DNA of 64,000 nucleotides from Octopus sinensis. Taxonomy: Eukaryota. Each line of letters begins with the position of its first letter. The first letter of the stretch is position 1. Of this stretch, positions 38,906-52,864 are shown piece by piece. A program made the translations under genes and the position numbers. Below the pieces are notes generated by a model, which was not told the origin of the DNA, made no database searches, and worked only from the letters and a program-made list of their open reading frames with translations. The stretch is taken from assembly GCF_006345805.1 (NCBI RefSeq), contig NC_042999.1, forward strand, positions 141,608,001 through 141,672,000, read 5' to 3'.

Positions 38906-41900
38906 TAATATTTTACTATAAAATTGGATTCAATCCTAAATCTGATTTTTCCCTGTAAGTTTGGATTTATTCCCTAATATTTTATTATTAATATATATAT
39001 ATATATATATATATCTATATATATATGACGAGCTTCTTTCAGTTTCCGTCTACCAAATCCACTCACAAGGCCTTCGTCGGCCCAAGGCTATAGTAGAAGA
39101 CACTTGCCCAAGGTGCTATGCAGTGGGACAGAACCTGGAACCATGTGGTTGGTAAGCAAGCTACTTACCACACAGCCACTCCTTTTTGCATTTGGTCTGC
39201 AAGATTCATGAGGTGAATTCATGTGTTGAAGCATATTTTATTGTGTCTGGGGAGAGTCATTCTCTTTTAGTGCCGTATTAATTTAACATACTGACCAGTC
39301 CGATTTCCACTCATTTACTTATTTATTTTTACTAAACTTTTCATTGCATCTTGCAGACTTTTCAATAGTCATTGACTCTGTCCGTTATTGGAACTGAGTT
39401 CTCTTTTTTGCTTGTTTGTGTGCATGTGCGTGTGTGTCAGTGTGTGTGTGTGTGCATGTATGTATGTATGTATGTATGTATGTATGTATGTATGTATGTA
39501 TGTATGTATGTATGAATGTAAGTATGTATGTATGTATGCATGCATGTATGTATGTGTGTGTATGTGTATGTATGTGTGCGTGTATGCATATATGTATGTA
39601 TGCATGTGTACACATTTGTATGTATATGCTCTGCATGTATGTGTGTATGCATGTATGTGTGTGTGTATGCATATATATGTATACATGAGTGCATGTTTGT
39701 ATGTATGTATTCTGCATATCCATGTGCTTGTGTGTTCATGTTTGTGTGTGTTTGTGTTTGTGTTCATGTTTGTGTGATGATGTGTGTGTTTGTGCGTGTG
39801 TGTGTGTCTGTATGTATGTGTACCTGTTTCCTTGTGTGAGCATGTTTGTGTGTGTCTGTGTATGGGTTTGTGTGACCATATAAACAGTGGGTATTGGAGT
39901 ATGACACCTTTTATTTATATTTCCTACTTAGTACTGGGGATGTTTCCTTAATGAGGACATACTCTTGTACTTGTGTGAGTGTTGGGTCTTTCGAGTGCTT
40001 GGATAAAATGCAGATGGCAAGTTAGGTTAGTGTAGCTCTGTAGAGCTTTCAACTTTTCAAATGAAAACCATCATTAGTGTGTGATAATCACACTGATTGT
40101 GATAATTCCACACACAAAATACAATATGTTTTTTCCAGTAACAAACTGTCGCTGATCTCGAAAAAGGAACTTTCTAGGTGCAATCCCATGATCATTCATG
40201 ACCAAAGGGGGTCTTTACCCTTTATCCTTTATGCATACATAATAACAACAATGATGATGAGGATGATGATGATGATGACAACAATGGCAATGATGATGGT
40301 GATGATGATGATAACAACGATTACGATGATGACATTGATGCTGATACCAATGCCAATGCCAACAACAAGAGCTGACAGTTTTATTTTTCATGAAAGGAAA
40401 CATATACTGTTTGAGTTATCATCAGTTCCATGGACATCACCAGTGTTAGCAGTGTATTTGTAATGAATGAGCAACTACTAGGAATCATAAATGACTGCAG
40501 ACTCAGTTTATCTAAAGTTTACATCTTTTTGTGTTGTCATTTTCCACACACAAACTCACACCAAATTCATATCTGTTAATTTATTAATCTGTCTCTCATT
40601 ATCCTACAAGTGTTTATTTATTGTTTAATTCTAATGCAATGATGATTTAACATAGGTTATTTTATAATCCTATTTGATTGCAATGCATTATAATGTGGGG
40701 ATTTAATTATCCAATTTCAAACAGAATAAGCTGATTACAAGCTAAACATCTGCTTAAAACACTTATTTTAAGTTATCTATTCCTCCTCCTCCCTATAATT
40801 ATTATCAACAATTTCATGTTAATTGTATTCACTTGATACTCAAAACATATGCAAACACACAGACACATACCACAAATGTACATACATTCACGTGTGTGTA
40901 TCTAAATATTATAATGTGAGATGATAAAAATGATATAATCATCATCATCGTTTAATGTCCACCTTCCATGCTGGCATGGATGAGATGATTTCACAAGAGT
41001 CAGCCAGGCAGAAGCCTGCACCAAACTTCTGTAACGTTTTGGCAGGATTTTTACAGCAGGATGCCCTTCCTAACACCAACCACTCAAAAGAGTGGACTCA
41101 GTGCTTTTTATGTGGCACATGCACAGGTGAGATCAGTTTTGGCAAGGCTTTTACAGCTGGATGTCCTTCCAAATATCAACCACTTTACAGTGTAGACTGG
41201 GTGCTTTTGAGTGGCACCTGCACTGACAGGGTCACCAAGTACTTGCAAGACAAAAAAAAAATCTCATTTGAGAGGGGAGGAGGCATTGGAAGAGGTGATC
41301 TTCTGCTAGATGATGAAAGGTTATAGTGAGACAGAGAGACAGAAACAGATGTCTCGCTGCAGAGGAGGTAGAAGGTTACCCAGCCAGGGTGGGGTGGGGA
41401 GAGAGAGAGAGAGAGAGAGAGCTTAGTAATGAAGACAGAAACAGGAAATACATGGTTACCCAACCTGAGGGAAGTGCAGGAAAAGGAGAGAGAGAATGGG
41501 AGACAGCAGGATAGAGATGGTGGCAAAGTGCCGGGCATACTCACAAGGGATGAGGATCAGAATATAAATGGGATGGTTGAGTAGAGTAAGAGAGAGATAT
41601 AGATGGTGGCAAATGTCGAATGTCAAAATATAAGTGGCAGGATATTGCAAAGGAAGCATGATTAAAGAGTTCGGAGGAGGGGTGAGTGTCGAAAACCTGG
41701 GTATATAGAGTCAGGGAGGCTACTGGATAGCAATGATACAGAGGAACAGGGCTATGAGGACAGGATTGAGGAGTGAGAGCTAGGCATAGTGAATGAAGGA
41801 GGAAATGTGAGGAAGAGAAGAGATGTAGAGATGTAGATTGGTTTGTTGGGGTAGGGTGTGTGAAAAGTTTTGTTATATGTGGGTGGAACACACGGCTATG

Positions 41901-42480
41901 ATACAGAGAGACAGAGCATGTAGGTGGAACACACACGTCAGGGACTAGTGGAGAGCAATGATATCATGGCACAGAGCCAAGAAGACAGGATAGGGGAGTG
42001 GGAGGTAAGCATAGTGCATGAAGCAGAAATGTGAGGAAGAGAAGAGATGTAAAGATGTGGTTTTGTTTGTTGTGGTAGGATGTGTGAGAAGTTTTCTTGC
42101 TAAGTGTGGTTGGGACACACAGAACTTCTAGAACTCATTTTCGCTGACATGGGTGAGTCTTCTCATGAACATGTATATATATATATATCATCATCATCAT
42201 CATCATCATTTAACATCTGTTGTCCATGCTGGCATGGGTTAGATGGGTTGACAAGGCTGGCATGCTGGAAGGCTACACCAGAGTCCAGTCTGATTTGGCA
42301 TGGTTTTCTATGGCTGGATGCCCTTCTTAATGCCAACCACTCTGAGTGCTTTTACATGCCACCAGCATTATAACACTTGGCTTGATGGGTCCTCTCAAAC
42401 ATAGTACATCACCAAAGGTCTCAGTCAATGTATATGTGTATATATGTATACATATATATACATATATATAGAGAGAGAGA

Positions 42481-43246
42481 ATTAGAAGAAAAAATGGCAA
42501 TTAACAGGCAAATTGAACAAGCATCCTCCAAATTTGCCAGGTTCACAAAGAGAGTCTGGGAAAACAGAAAACTAGCTGTAAACACCAAGATTGCTGTCTA
42601 TAAGGTATGCATCCATAGTATGCTACTTTATGGCAGTGAGATGTGGACCTGCTACTCCAGACAGGAATGGTGTCTCAACATCTACCTTCGTAATTTGGAT
42701 GCATCATGGATATCAAGTGGATCAACCAAATCTCCAACACCGAAGTCCTCAATCACAGCCAACATACTTTCTCTGTTCTGGCAGCATCGTCAGTCCTGGC
42801 TCAGTCATGTACATCACATGCCAGATAGGAGAATCTCAAAAGAACCTGTATGGGGAATTAGCTACTGGCACAAGAGCACATGGAAGACCTCATCTACGCT
42901 TCAAGTACATCTGTATGAGGGATATGAAGTCACTTGCTCTGGATGTCCTGAGATGGGAGTCACAAATGATCGCTCACACTGGAGACAAATATTGTAAAAC
43001 GGGATGAAGAGAGCAGAAGAAAACAGGAACTTGCCACCAAAAAAAGTGCACTCAAAAGAAGGAAAATCCAGTAATGACAACAGAGAGCTCCTTTCAATGC
43101 AGTCACTGTATGCATGACTGCCACTCCCATGTGGGCTTATACAGTCACAACAGATACTGCACCATCATCAGCAGCTGACACAATTTCTTCAGACACAGAG
43201 CCATGGTCTCTTGGGACCAACACAGATACCTCTTATACATACATAC

Positions 43247-43297
<51 letters not shown>

Positions 43298-43343
43298 TAT
43301 ATATATGTATATATATATACACACACATACATATATATATAGC

Positions 43344-43384
<41 letters not shown>

Positions 43385-43402
43385 AGAAGAAAAATGGAAT
43401 TA
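42481..43402 (+). mobile_element. 5'-truncated RTE LINE with C-terminal Zn-finger and an apparent target-site duplication
   Basis: INRQIEQASSKFARFTKRVWENRKL...LLYGSEMW, YGELATGTRAHGRPHLRFK and CSHCMHDCHSHVGLYSH. ATTAGAAGAAAAA(A)TGG(C)AATTAA occurs at both 42481-42504 and 43382-43402. Confidence 0.85.
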
Positions 43403-43703
43403 AAAAAATCCTGGTAGCTATCAATTAAGCACTCAATATAAAAGAATATGGTTAAATTTCCGTTTGTTGGATTTTTAAGGTGAGATCTAAAATAAAGTTA
43501 TGATTTTTTTTTGTACATATTATTTGCTGCTTTATACACACACACACACACATACACATATATGTATATATACAAACTATATATATACATGCACATACAC
43601 AGACATATACACACGTTTGTGTATGTGGGTGGAAGTATGCATCTATTTGTGTGCTTTTAACTAAACACAGACAGAAACATATATGTATGCATATATAAGA
43701 TAA

Positions 43704-44101
43704 CTAGCAGTATCGCCCGGTGTTGCTCGGGTTTGTAAGGGAAATAACTATATAAGCATTTTTAGAGAGTTATAGCCAAAAAATAGCAAAAAAATACATT
43801 AAAAATGGGAAAAAAATTATGGTAAATTTTTTTTTTAAATCGTTGACTCATCGTAGACATTTTTAGAGAGTTACTTCCCCTATATAATAGCGAAAAATGC
43901 ATTAAAATGGAAAAAAATTATGGTAAATTTGTTTTAAAATCGTAGACTCATCGTAGACGCGTGCTAATACCCAGAAGGGCTCGATATGAATCACGACTAT
44001 AAGATACCCGGTTTTGGTTAAACTGCACCACAAAATGTGGGAGTAGTTAGGAATCTAAATCGTAGGAGACAGACACACAACTTCACTTTTATATATAAAG
44101 A
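43704..44101 (-). mobile_element. Non-autonomous Helitron, complete ends
   Basis: Minus strand A|TCTTTATATATAAAAG...CCCGAGCAACACCGGG hairpin...CTAG|T, i.e. 5'-TC, subterminal hairpin, 3'-CTAG, inserted between A and T. Confidence 0.85.
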
Positions 44102-44959
44102 TATGTATACATAAGTATTGGTATAAGAGTAAATGCAATTTTGTGTGAGTGGCTGTGTGTGTTTAAATATATATATATAGATAGATATTTACATATATAT
44201 GTGTGTGTGTGTGTGTGTATACACACATACACACACATTTGAAAAGCTATTCTGATGCCATGAAAGCATTTTCAGTTTCTTGTTTATAAAAAAAACAACA
44301 ATCAAAAATAATAATAAAAAGAATTTTGTTGCCAATTTTTCCAGATTCTACCATGGAAGATATTCTTCACAGGATGTGGAATGATTCACTGAATCCTTGA
44401 TATTACCATCTGTTCCATAGCATCCTCATAGAAATGAATAATTCTTTACTCTGGCACTACCAATTTAAAACAGTATAAATTTTCAATATCGCACTGTATA
44501 ATGTATACAGAACAAGATGGAGCTTGTAAAAATATTTGATGTACTATTTGAGTTTCGGGTAATTATGAGTACAACTGCTTTTCATACTAAAAGCAAGTTG
44601 GCAGGCATGGCTGTGTGGTTAAGAAGTTTGCTTTCAGGTTTAGCCCCATCATATGACACTTTCTGCAGGTATCATCAACCTAAACAAACCAAAACCTTCA
44701 GGGTGGATTTGGGAGTTGGAAACTGAAAAAAGTCAGTCATGTGTGTGTTTGTAAATACACACACACACACACGATCTCTTAGGTAGCATACCTTAGGTTA
44801 ACACATTGATAATTCCACATTTATGTATATGTGTATATTCATTAATTTGTGCATTTAAACCTACATGCATGCATCCATCCATTTGTGCATATGTATGTGT
44901 GCGTGTGTGTATGTGCATATGCATGTGTGTGTGTCTCGTCAGATCCTAATGGCTGGTGG

Positions 44960-45520
44960 TTACAGTCCACCAGCCATTAGGGTCTTGGTCACCAGTCATT
45001 GCCTCTGTGAGGCCCAACATTCAAAGATAATGCTTCACCATCTCATCCCATGTCTTCCTGGGTCTACCTCTTCCACAGGTTCCCTCCATAGAGCTTTCCT
45101 TGTCCATACACATCACATGACCATACCAGTGCAGTCATCTCTCTTGCACAACACATCTGATGCCTCTTATGCTCAACTTTTCCCCTCTAAACACTTACAC
45201 TCTGTCATGTATGTACACTGACATTACACATCCAGCGGATCATACTAGCTTCATTTCTTACAAGCCTATGCATGTCCTCACCAGTCACAACCCATGTTTC
45301 ACTGCCATGTAACATAGCTGTATAATGCACACAGGCATCATACAGTCTGTCTTTTACTCTGAGAGAGAGACCCTTTGTTGCCAATAGATGTAGGAGCTTT
45401 CTGAACTTTACCCAGCCTATTTTTATTCTCACACCTATTCTCTGAGAACATCCATCTCCGCTACTAACTTGATCACCTAGATAACAGAAGCTATCAACTA
45501 CCTCTAGCTTACCCCACTGG
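44960..45520 (-). mobile_element. RTE LINE 3' fragment
   Basis: RIKIGWVKFRKLLHLLATKGLSLRVKDRLYDAC...MLHGSETW...RNEASMIRWMCNVSV. Confidence 0.85.
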
Positions 45521-45545
45521 CATTTGATGATATATATATATATAT

Positions 45546-45948
45546 TCTTTTATTCTTTTACTTGTTTCAGTCATGTGGTTGTGGCCATGCTGGAGCATCG
45601 CCTTTAGTTGAGTAAATCGATGCCAGGACATATTCTTTGTAAGCCTAGTACTTATTCTATCAGGTTCTTTTGCTGAACTGCTAAGTTACGGGGATGTAAA
45701 ACATGCCAGCATAAGTTGTCAAGTGATGTTAGGAGGACAAACACAGACATAGAAACATACACACGCACACACACACACACACACATATGATGGGCTTCTT
45801 TCAGTTTCTGTCTACCAAATCCACTCACAAGGCTTTGGTCAACCTGAGGCTATAGTCAAAGACACTTGCACAAAGTGTCACACAGTGGAACTGTACCCAG
45901 AACCATGTGGTAAGCAAGCTACTTATCACACAGCCGCTCCTGCGCCTA
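45546..45948 (-). mobile_element. tRNA-derived SINE, near full length
   Basis: Same family as 25980-26400 and 38185-39185; internal (CA)n and a (TAAAAGAA)-type tail on the minus strand. Confidence 0.75.
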
Positions 45949-45959
45949 TAATATATGTA

Positions 45960-46002
<43 letters not shown>

Positions 46003-46396
46003 ATACATAATTAAGGATAAAATCACTTAATGATCTTATCAGTGACCAGCATGTAATAAAATGTAATATGAATGTATTTGTATGGGCATGTATATATTAG
46101 TATGGGTATGTAATATGCATGTATTTGTATGGGTATGTATATATATTTATATTTATGTACTGCTGGTATATTCTACAGATGATGATAAAGTCATTTGAAT
46201 TACTAAACCAGAAATCAGATGATCTAGAATTAACCTCAACAATTTTACTAAATCTCTTTTATTCATTTGCTCACTTTCAGCCTTGTACTAAGGAAGCATA
46301 ATTTGAAGTGGTTGTTATAGACTTTTGACATCTATCTCTAGCATGTAGGCACTGTTTCTCAGTACCCTTAATTATAATTATATCTATATAATTATA

Positions 46397-48560
46397 TACT
46401 GTGTACTCCTGCTTATTCGTCGTTCAGCGTTCGTGGTCCTGGTTATTCACAGAACTAATGATTATTTGCAGAAACCATCACATATTCACAGAATCGTAAA
46501 TATCGTTCACAATTTTTTATGGCACTTTTCATGGCAACATATAGTTTTTCACACTTTTTGAGGCTAAATTATTAATAATAATATACTGTATCTGCCAGTT
46601 TACTGGACATCCCTTCGTAGCTGAAGGTCCCTCTGATTAGAATAGCCGTGCATCACATGGCTTGATTTTTCTTAGAAACAAGTTCACTGTATCTTGTATC
46701 TCTTATTCCTGCTTTCAATCAAAGCTTTGCTAATTATTATAGTGACTACCAGTACTTTTTTTAAAATCATCGCTACATTTCATCATACACATTGCTTATT
46801 TCAACAGGATAATTTTTAAGGTTGTGAGCCAATATAGCCTCATTGAAATTAGGTTACTTGCAGGTCCCTCTCTCTCTCATGATTATAGTATAGATTACTG
46901 TATCTTGTGGTAATACAAACTAAATTTTTCAAAACCATGATTATTTTTAATCTCTGCTCAATCTCCCATTCATGGTATATGCATATTAGACACAAAGAAG
47001 ATTTTTCTGTAGGTATTTTTTTTTTTGGAAAAACTGCATCCAGCATTTTCTCGAGTGCTGTGTTTTTCACAGCATGTTATTAAAGCCCTAAGATGACGCC
47101 CAAACATCCTACACCTAGTTATGATGCTCCATGAGAAGGCACAACTGCTGGGCATGTTCCAGGAAGGTAAAAGTTATGCAGCAGTACATTGTTATTATGT
47201 TGTCAATGAAAGCATCATACGCTACATAAAGAAGAACAAGGTGGTAATCAGGACTACTGTAGCAGTGAGTTTCTGTGAAAGTGCCAAAAAGATAATGATA
47301 ATGAGAAATAAGTACTTCGTCAGGATGGAATCAGCCTTGGCACTGTGGATCAGTGACTGCAAGAAGAAAAAGAGTCCTTTGAGTGGTAACATCATCCACA
47401 AGAAAGCATGAAAATTATACCAGCAGTTCAACAGAGGAGATGGAGCAGAAGGCACCAAAAACCACAACCAAGACCATTGACAGTACCGGAGCCCAAAGAT
47501 TTTCAAACCAGCAAGGGATAGTTTGACTGTTTCCAGAAACGGTTTAAAATAAGGTGTGTTTCCCTGCATGGAGAGACAGCACCAACTGACAAAAAAGCCA
47601 CCAAGAAGTACCTCGAGACTTTCAGGTAGATTATTGAGGACAAGGGATACAAGCTAGAACAGGTTTTTAGTATGGACAAGACTGGCTTGTTCTGGAAGAA
47701 GATGCCTTCCAGAATGTACATCATGAAGGATGAAGCCAGAGCCCCAGGATTAAAAGGCACAGAAGGACAGAGTGATGCTAATTATGTGTGGCAATACTGC
47801 TGGCTTCATGAAGAAAACCAGGACTTATCTACAAATCCGTGAACCTGAGGGCCTTCAAAAATAAGAATAAAAATCCGCTGCCTGTTCATTCAATTGCAGA
47901 TGAATTGCCTGTTCACTGGATGCACAACCTCAAAGCCTGGATTGCCAGAAGTCTAACTTTGAATTGGTTCCACCAATGCTTCATCCCTCAAGCTGAGGAA
48001 TACCTCCAAAATCTTTGCATGGAATCCAAGGTGTTGCTTGTTTTGGATAATGCTGGTGGTCACTCTTTGGATTTGAATCACAAGGAAATTCAAGTCGAGT
48101 TCCTCCCTGCCAACACCACCTCCTTCATCCAACTTATGATCCATGCTTTCAAAGCACTTTACATTTGGAACTATCTCCAACATCTTGTGGATGCAATGGA
48201 TTTGGACAAGAATTTCAAGTTTAAAGAATACTGGCATAACTTCGCTATCACAACATACCTGTCAGTCATCCCTGCTACCCTTAAAGACATGAAAAAAGAA
48301 ACCTTCATTGCATGCTGGAAGAAGGTGTGGCCAGAGTGTGTCCAGGACTATGAGGGCTTCTCACCTGAAGATATTCAGTACAAGGCTGTCAACAGTGAAA
48401 CTGGCAAAATTACTTAGTGGCGAAGGTTTTGATGTCATCACACAAGATGAGGTCAACAGATGAAGATTTGTTGGAGTTAACAATGTCTGCCAGCATAGAG
48501 GATGAAGAAGCACCAGTTCCAGAGGAAGAGGAGGGTGAGGTAGGCCTTGCAATTGAATGT
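46397..48560 (+). mobile_element. Tigger/pogo-family transposon, 3'-truncated
   Basis: Left end TA-CTGTGTACTCCTGCTTATTCG followed by a decayed transposase; no right TIR was found. Confidence 0.8.
47093..48417 (+). pseudogene. TIGD1/Tigger-like transposase pseudogene (HTH-psq, CENP-B HTH, DDE_1)
   Basis: Fragments MLHEKAQLL...NESIIRYIKKN...MESALALWISDC, QVFSMDKTGLFWKKMPSRMYI and KVLLVLDNAGGH...VEFLPANTTSFIQ; multiple stops and frameshifts. Confidence 0.85.
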
Positions 48561-49690
48561 CTGTCTGAACGTGTATTTACAAGCTGATTTAATTTCTACT
48601 GATACTGATTTCAAGTATGTAATTGCACCCAAGAACTCAGGCCCCTTTTATTGAGCTTGATTGCAGTTCATTTATTTCCATTCATATCAAAAAATAACAT
48701 TTGTAGCATACATTCTCTTTACATAGTTCACATATGCCTAACTCAGGCTCAGAAGTTTACAGCCTGAGTTGTTATCATAAAAATTAAAAATAATTCAAAT
48801 TTAATGTTTTCTTGAAACAATAAATTTCTACAGAGATTAGGATTTAGATTTTAATCTATGAAATGTTTCCGTTCTATAATATTCTTAAAGGAACAAAAAA
48901 TTATACAGCAACTCGGGCTAATACAAACAAGCCTTGTAGGTGTAAAAGACTAACAGGCATCTCTGATCAAGAGTACAGGCGACAGTCAGATCGCTGTCAT
49001 TATTTGATTGTTGTTATTCTGTGCAGCTGTGTGTATTGATCAGTTGTGTTTCACAGAGTTGCTTTATTTTTACCCTTAACTTAGAAATGGAAAAAGACAT
49101 AGTGCTAGATATAAAAAATAAGCCATTTGGGGCTAGAAATAAAGTGGAAAAACATGAAATTCTTCAAGCAGGCATGTACCTTATGTGAAATCTATGATGA
49201 ACCTGAGAGATACTGATGACCTAGAGTCACCTCTGATATATATATATATATATATATACATACATACATATGTATATATACACATATACACCCACACACA
49301 CATATAAATATGCAAAAACACACACAAATGTGTATATATGCATACAACTAGATGCACATACACACACACACACGTGCTATTATGCACACACACAGACCTG
49401 CGTACATGCACATACCCACACATACCTCCTTCTCCTACACTCTCCTGTCTTAGAAAGAACTTTTCCTTCACCCATTCTTTTCCGGTCATTTCAAAATGTA
49501 ACCACATGTGAATCATTGACGATTTTCTTCCTCCATCTTCCCTTCTATTGGACTTTCTTCTGTTTCCAAAGAAGAGTGTCTGCTTGAAATGTTAAACCAT
49601 CTTTCTTTCTATTCCTGAGCATCTGCTAATACATTACATGTAACATGTACCCAAGTTGTAGTTTTTTCAAACTTGTTTTTTGGATTTACT

Positions 49691-49744
<54 letters not shown>

Positions 49745-49749
<5 letters not shown>

Positions 49750-49945
49750 ATCAAAACATGAACAAAGAGGAAACACAACAACGCGAGGACGTGGAACAAG
49801 TATAGTGTTATTGGATGCTCAGGAAAGGAAAGAAAGAAAGAAGATTTAACGTTTTGAGAAGAGATCTTCGTCAGAAACATAGAAAAAGGAAAGGTCCAAG
49901 GGAAGACGGAGAAAGAAAATCGCCAACAATACACACGCGGTCTCA
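49745..49945 (-). repeat. Second copy of the hammerhead-bearing dispersed repeat
   Basis: Matches 32499-32715. 49878-49844 reads GTTT CTGACGA A GATC TCTT CTC AAAAC GTT AAAT. Confidence 0.75.
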
Positions 49946-49975
49946 CATATATATATGTGTGTGTGTGTGTCCAAA

Positions 49976-50560
49976 TCAATAAGAAGTTTGCTTTTCAACA
50001 ATGCAGGATTTTTCATTTGATTTCACTGCATGATATTTTGGACTTGGACTACACAGAATGTTATTTTCTAAAGCTTCACTTTCACAGTGAAATGGGTAGC
50101 ATCTGTAAAGCTGCTGAATGGATGAATTATACTTGCAATTCAGTAGTACAGCCTTGTTGTCACACAGTGTCATACTGAATCCAATTGGTAATAGCATTAA
50201 CCTTTTATTGCGAAACCAGATATATCTACTCAAAATTTCATTACCATTAAATCTGGAAAGCAGTTTCTAATAACAATCTATCTTTTATTAAGGGATATCA
50301 TGTTTAAGACTTTTATTTTTTGTTGTTGTTGACACATGTGAAGTTTATTGAGGAAAATACCAAATCTATTATTTGGCAGATACTTAACATCATTACTGGA
50401 ATAACCATGAAATTTAATTTCACAGTTAAAGGGTCAAGGAAACATGTTGGTAGATTAATTCACCTCTTACACAATAATTCCATAAGGAATAAATTCTCAG
50501 CTTTTCTTCAGCATACATTATTCAATGTCTCTTTTTCTTATTTAAGGATTGTAGAGTGTA
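49976..50560 (-). mobile_element. Ancient LINE RT remnant, possibly CR1/L2-like
   Basis: Degenerate QQGCT (QGS-like) and FTDAT (FADDT-like) motifs in the correct order; many stops. Confidence 0.3.
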
Positions 50561-51942
50561 ATTAAGGGAAGATTTGGCTGTTATGTCTGGCAGGCTCAAC
50601 AACTGCTTGGAGATTCCCTGTATTTTAAGGTTGATGTAAGATAGCTGAACAGATAAGGTATTCAAATAATTGCTCATAGATCATAAGTTCAAATCTACTG
50701 CAGACAGTTTTATCTAGATTTGTTCTATATTGTTTCAGTTTAACTATCCATTGGGAATAGTGTCCAGATCATCTGAAAGGTATCCTAGTGATATATCCAC
50801 TGGGAAGCTTATCTCTTTTTCTGTTTAATACTAAGCCATTAGAGCAAAGCATTTTGAGTGTTTAGAGATATTTTTCTCTCTATATATCATTTAAATGTTT
50901 CAAGGGAAACTTTCCAGCTGTGTGTGTATAATTACACATGCACACACATATACATATACACATATATACATACATATATATATATATATACACACACGGA
51001 CACATACATATATATATATACATATACACAAATATACCTACATATACATACCCATACACACAGGCACACACACACACATATATATACACATACATCCTCC
51101 TCCTCCTCCTTCTCATCATCATCATTTAACATCTGCTTTCCATGCTGGCATGGGTGGGATGGTTTGACTGAGGTTTGGCAAGCTAGAAGACTGCACCAGG
51201 CTCCAGTCTGATCTGGCAATGTTTCTATGGCTGGATGCCCTTCTTAACACCAACCAATCCGAGAGTGTAGTGGGTGCTTTTTATGTACCACCAGCATGAG
51301 AGCCAGTCAAGGGTCACTGGCATTGACCATGTTTGGATGGTGCTTTTTACATGTCACCAGCCAGGAACCAGTCAGGAGGCACAGGCATTGATCCACACTC
51401 AAATGGTACTTATTATGTGCCACCAGCACAGGTGCCAGTCAGGTGGCACTGGCCACAACTACGATTTCGATTTCACTTGACTCAACAGGTCTTCTCAAGC
51501 ATATCATATCACCCGATGCTTCAAGGGTACTTTTAAATGGGCCAGTCGTGCAACACTGGCATTGGTCACAGCTACGATCTCACTTTACTTGCCAGGTCTT
51601 TCCAATCACAACATATCTCCAAAGGTCTCAGTCTCTTGTCATTGCCTCAGTGATTCCCAGTGTTCAAAGGTCATGCTTCACCACCTTGTCCCATGTCTTC
51701 CTGGGTCTACCTCTTCCACAGGTTCCTTTCACTGTTAGAGAGGCCTTAAGCCAACAGTTTTGGGGATCTAATAATACACCATAAAGCTAAGTACTTTATG
51801 GGCGTGAAACCCCGGGTAATCCCATGAACTGGCCTTATCTAACTTTATTTATATTATATTATATTATATTATATTATATTATATTATATTATATTATATA
51901 TATATATATTATATATATATATATATATTATATATATATATG

Positions 51943-52026
<84 letters not shown>

Positions 52027-52436
52027 TGTAAATACACACATGCACATGTGCACACACATATAGATAGGCATCTGATTATATGCTTATACACATATACATA
52101 TGAACACAGGTCTACTATTTAGTTGCAAATGTCGAGGTAATTCCTGGTATCTTTTATTGTTTAAACTGAGATCATTTCTTTCTGATTAAGGGAAATTTTG
52201 TATTTGCTTCAGGCTTTTTTTTTTTACAAAATGCATTCAGCTATTATTCATGGAAGAAAATGGTGTTGTTATGGAGAAATGATAAGAATTGATTAAAAGG
52301 GAGTTGAGTAAGCCATCATTGATTGATAAATGACTAAAATATAAACTAAAGAGGGAACTGATAATAGCTAAATAACTGGTTGTGGATGTGACAAGCAGGT
52401 AAACTATAGTTTTGGAAAGCTAGTGAAGAAAAACTG

Positions 52437-52587
52437 ATGTAAAGACCTGATTTAATTATTGTATTACAACTATATGCTTTAGTAAACTATTTTCAATATG
52501 AAGATTATAGCCATGTAAGACCTGATTTAATTATTGTATTACAACTATATGCCTTTGTAAACTATTTTCAATATGAAGATTACAGCC
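52437..52587. repeat. Tandem duplication of a unique 76/75-bp unit
   Basis: atgtaaagacctgatttaattattgtattacaactatatgc...tatgaagatta(t/c)agcc occurs twice with few differences. Confidence 0.9.
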
Positions 52588-52864
52588 ATGCACACATATG
52601 AAACATATGCATAAACTCGCACATACTTATATATTTATATGCATGTATGTATCTGTGTGCATATGTATGTATTCATAGCTGATTTTTAATAAGTTGCCAC
52701 TCAGAGTTTCCTCAATCCTAGTCTACAAGCAACTGTCCAATAAAGCTTTTTTATATCACTATTGATTTGATGTTTGTGTCATAATGAAATCAATGTGGTT
52801 GGAATTATTGATTACACATATGGACATATAATAATGAATAGAAAATGCAAAAATTAGCAATAAA

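Larger units (their letters stand above)
38185..39185 (-). mobile_element. SINE split by a nested fold-back insertion
   Basis: The SINE 3' part (38185-38400) and 5' part (39025-39185) are contiguous in the copy at 45546-45948. Here they are separated by (TA)n and the 38480-38905 hairpin. Confidence 0.75.

Noticed and set aside
39963-40603. Candidate exons near 39963-40037, 40407-40511 and 40560-40603
   Set aside because: Their phases do not fit the phase-1 intron between exons A and B singly, and several splice sites are weak.
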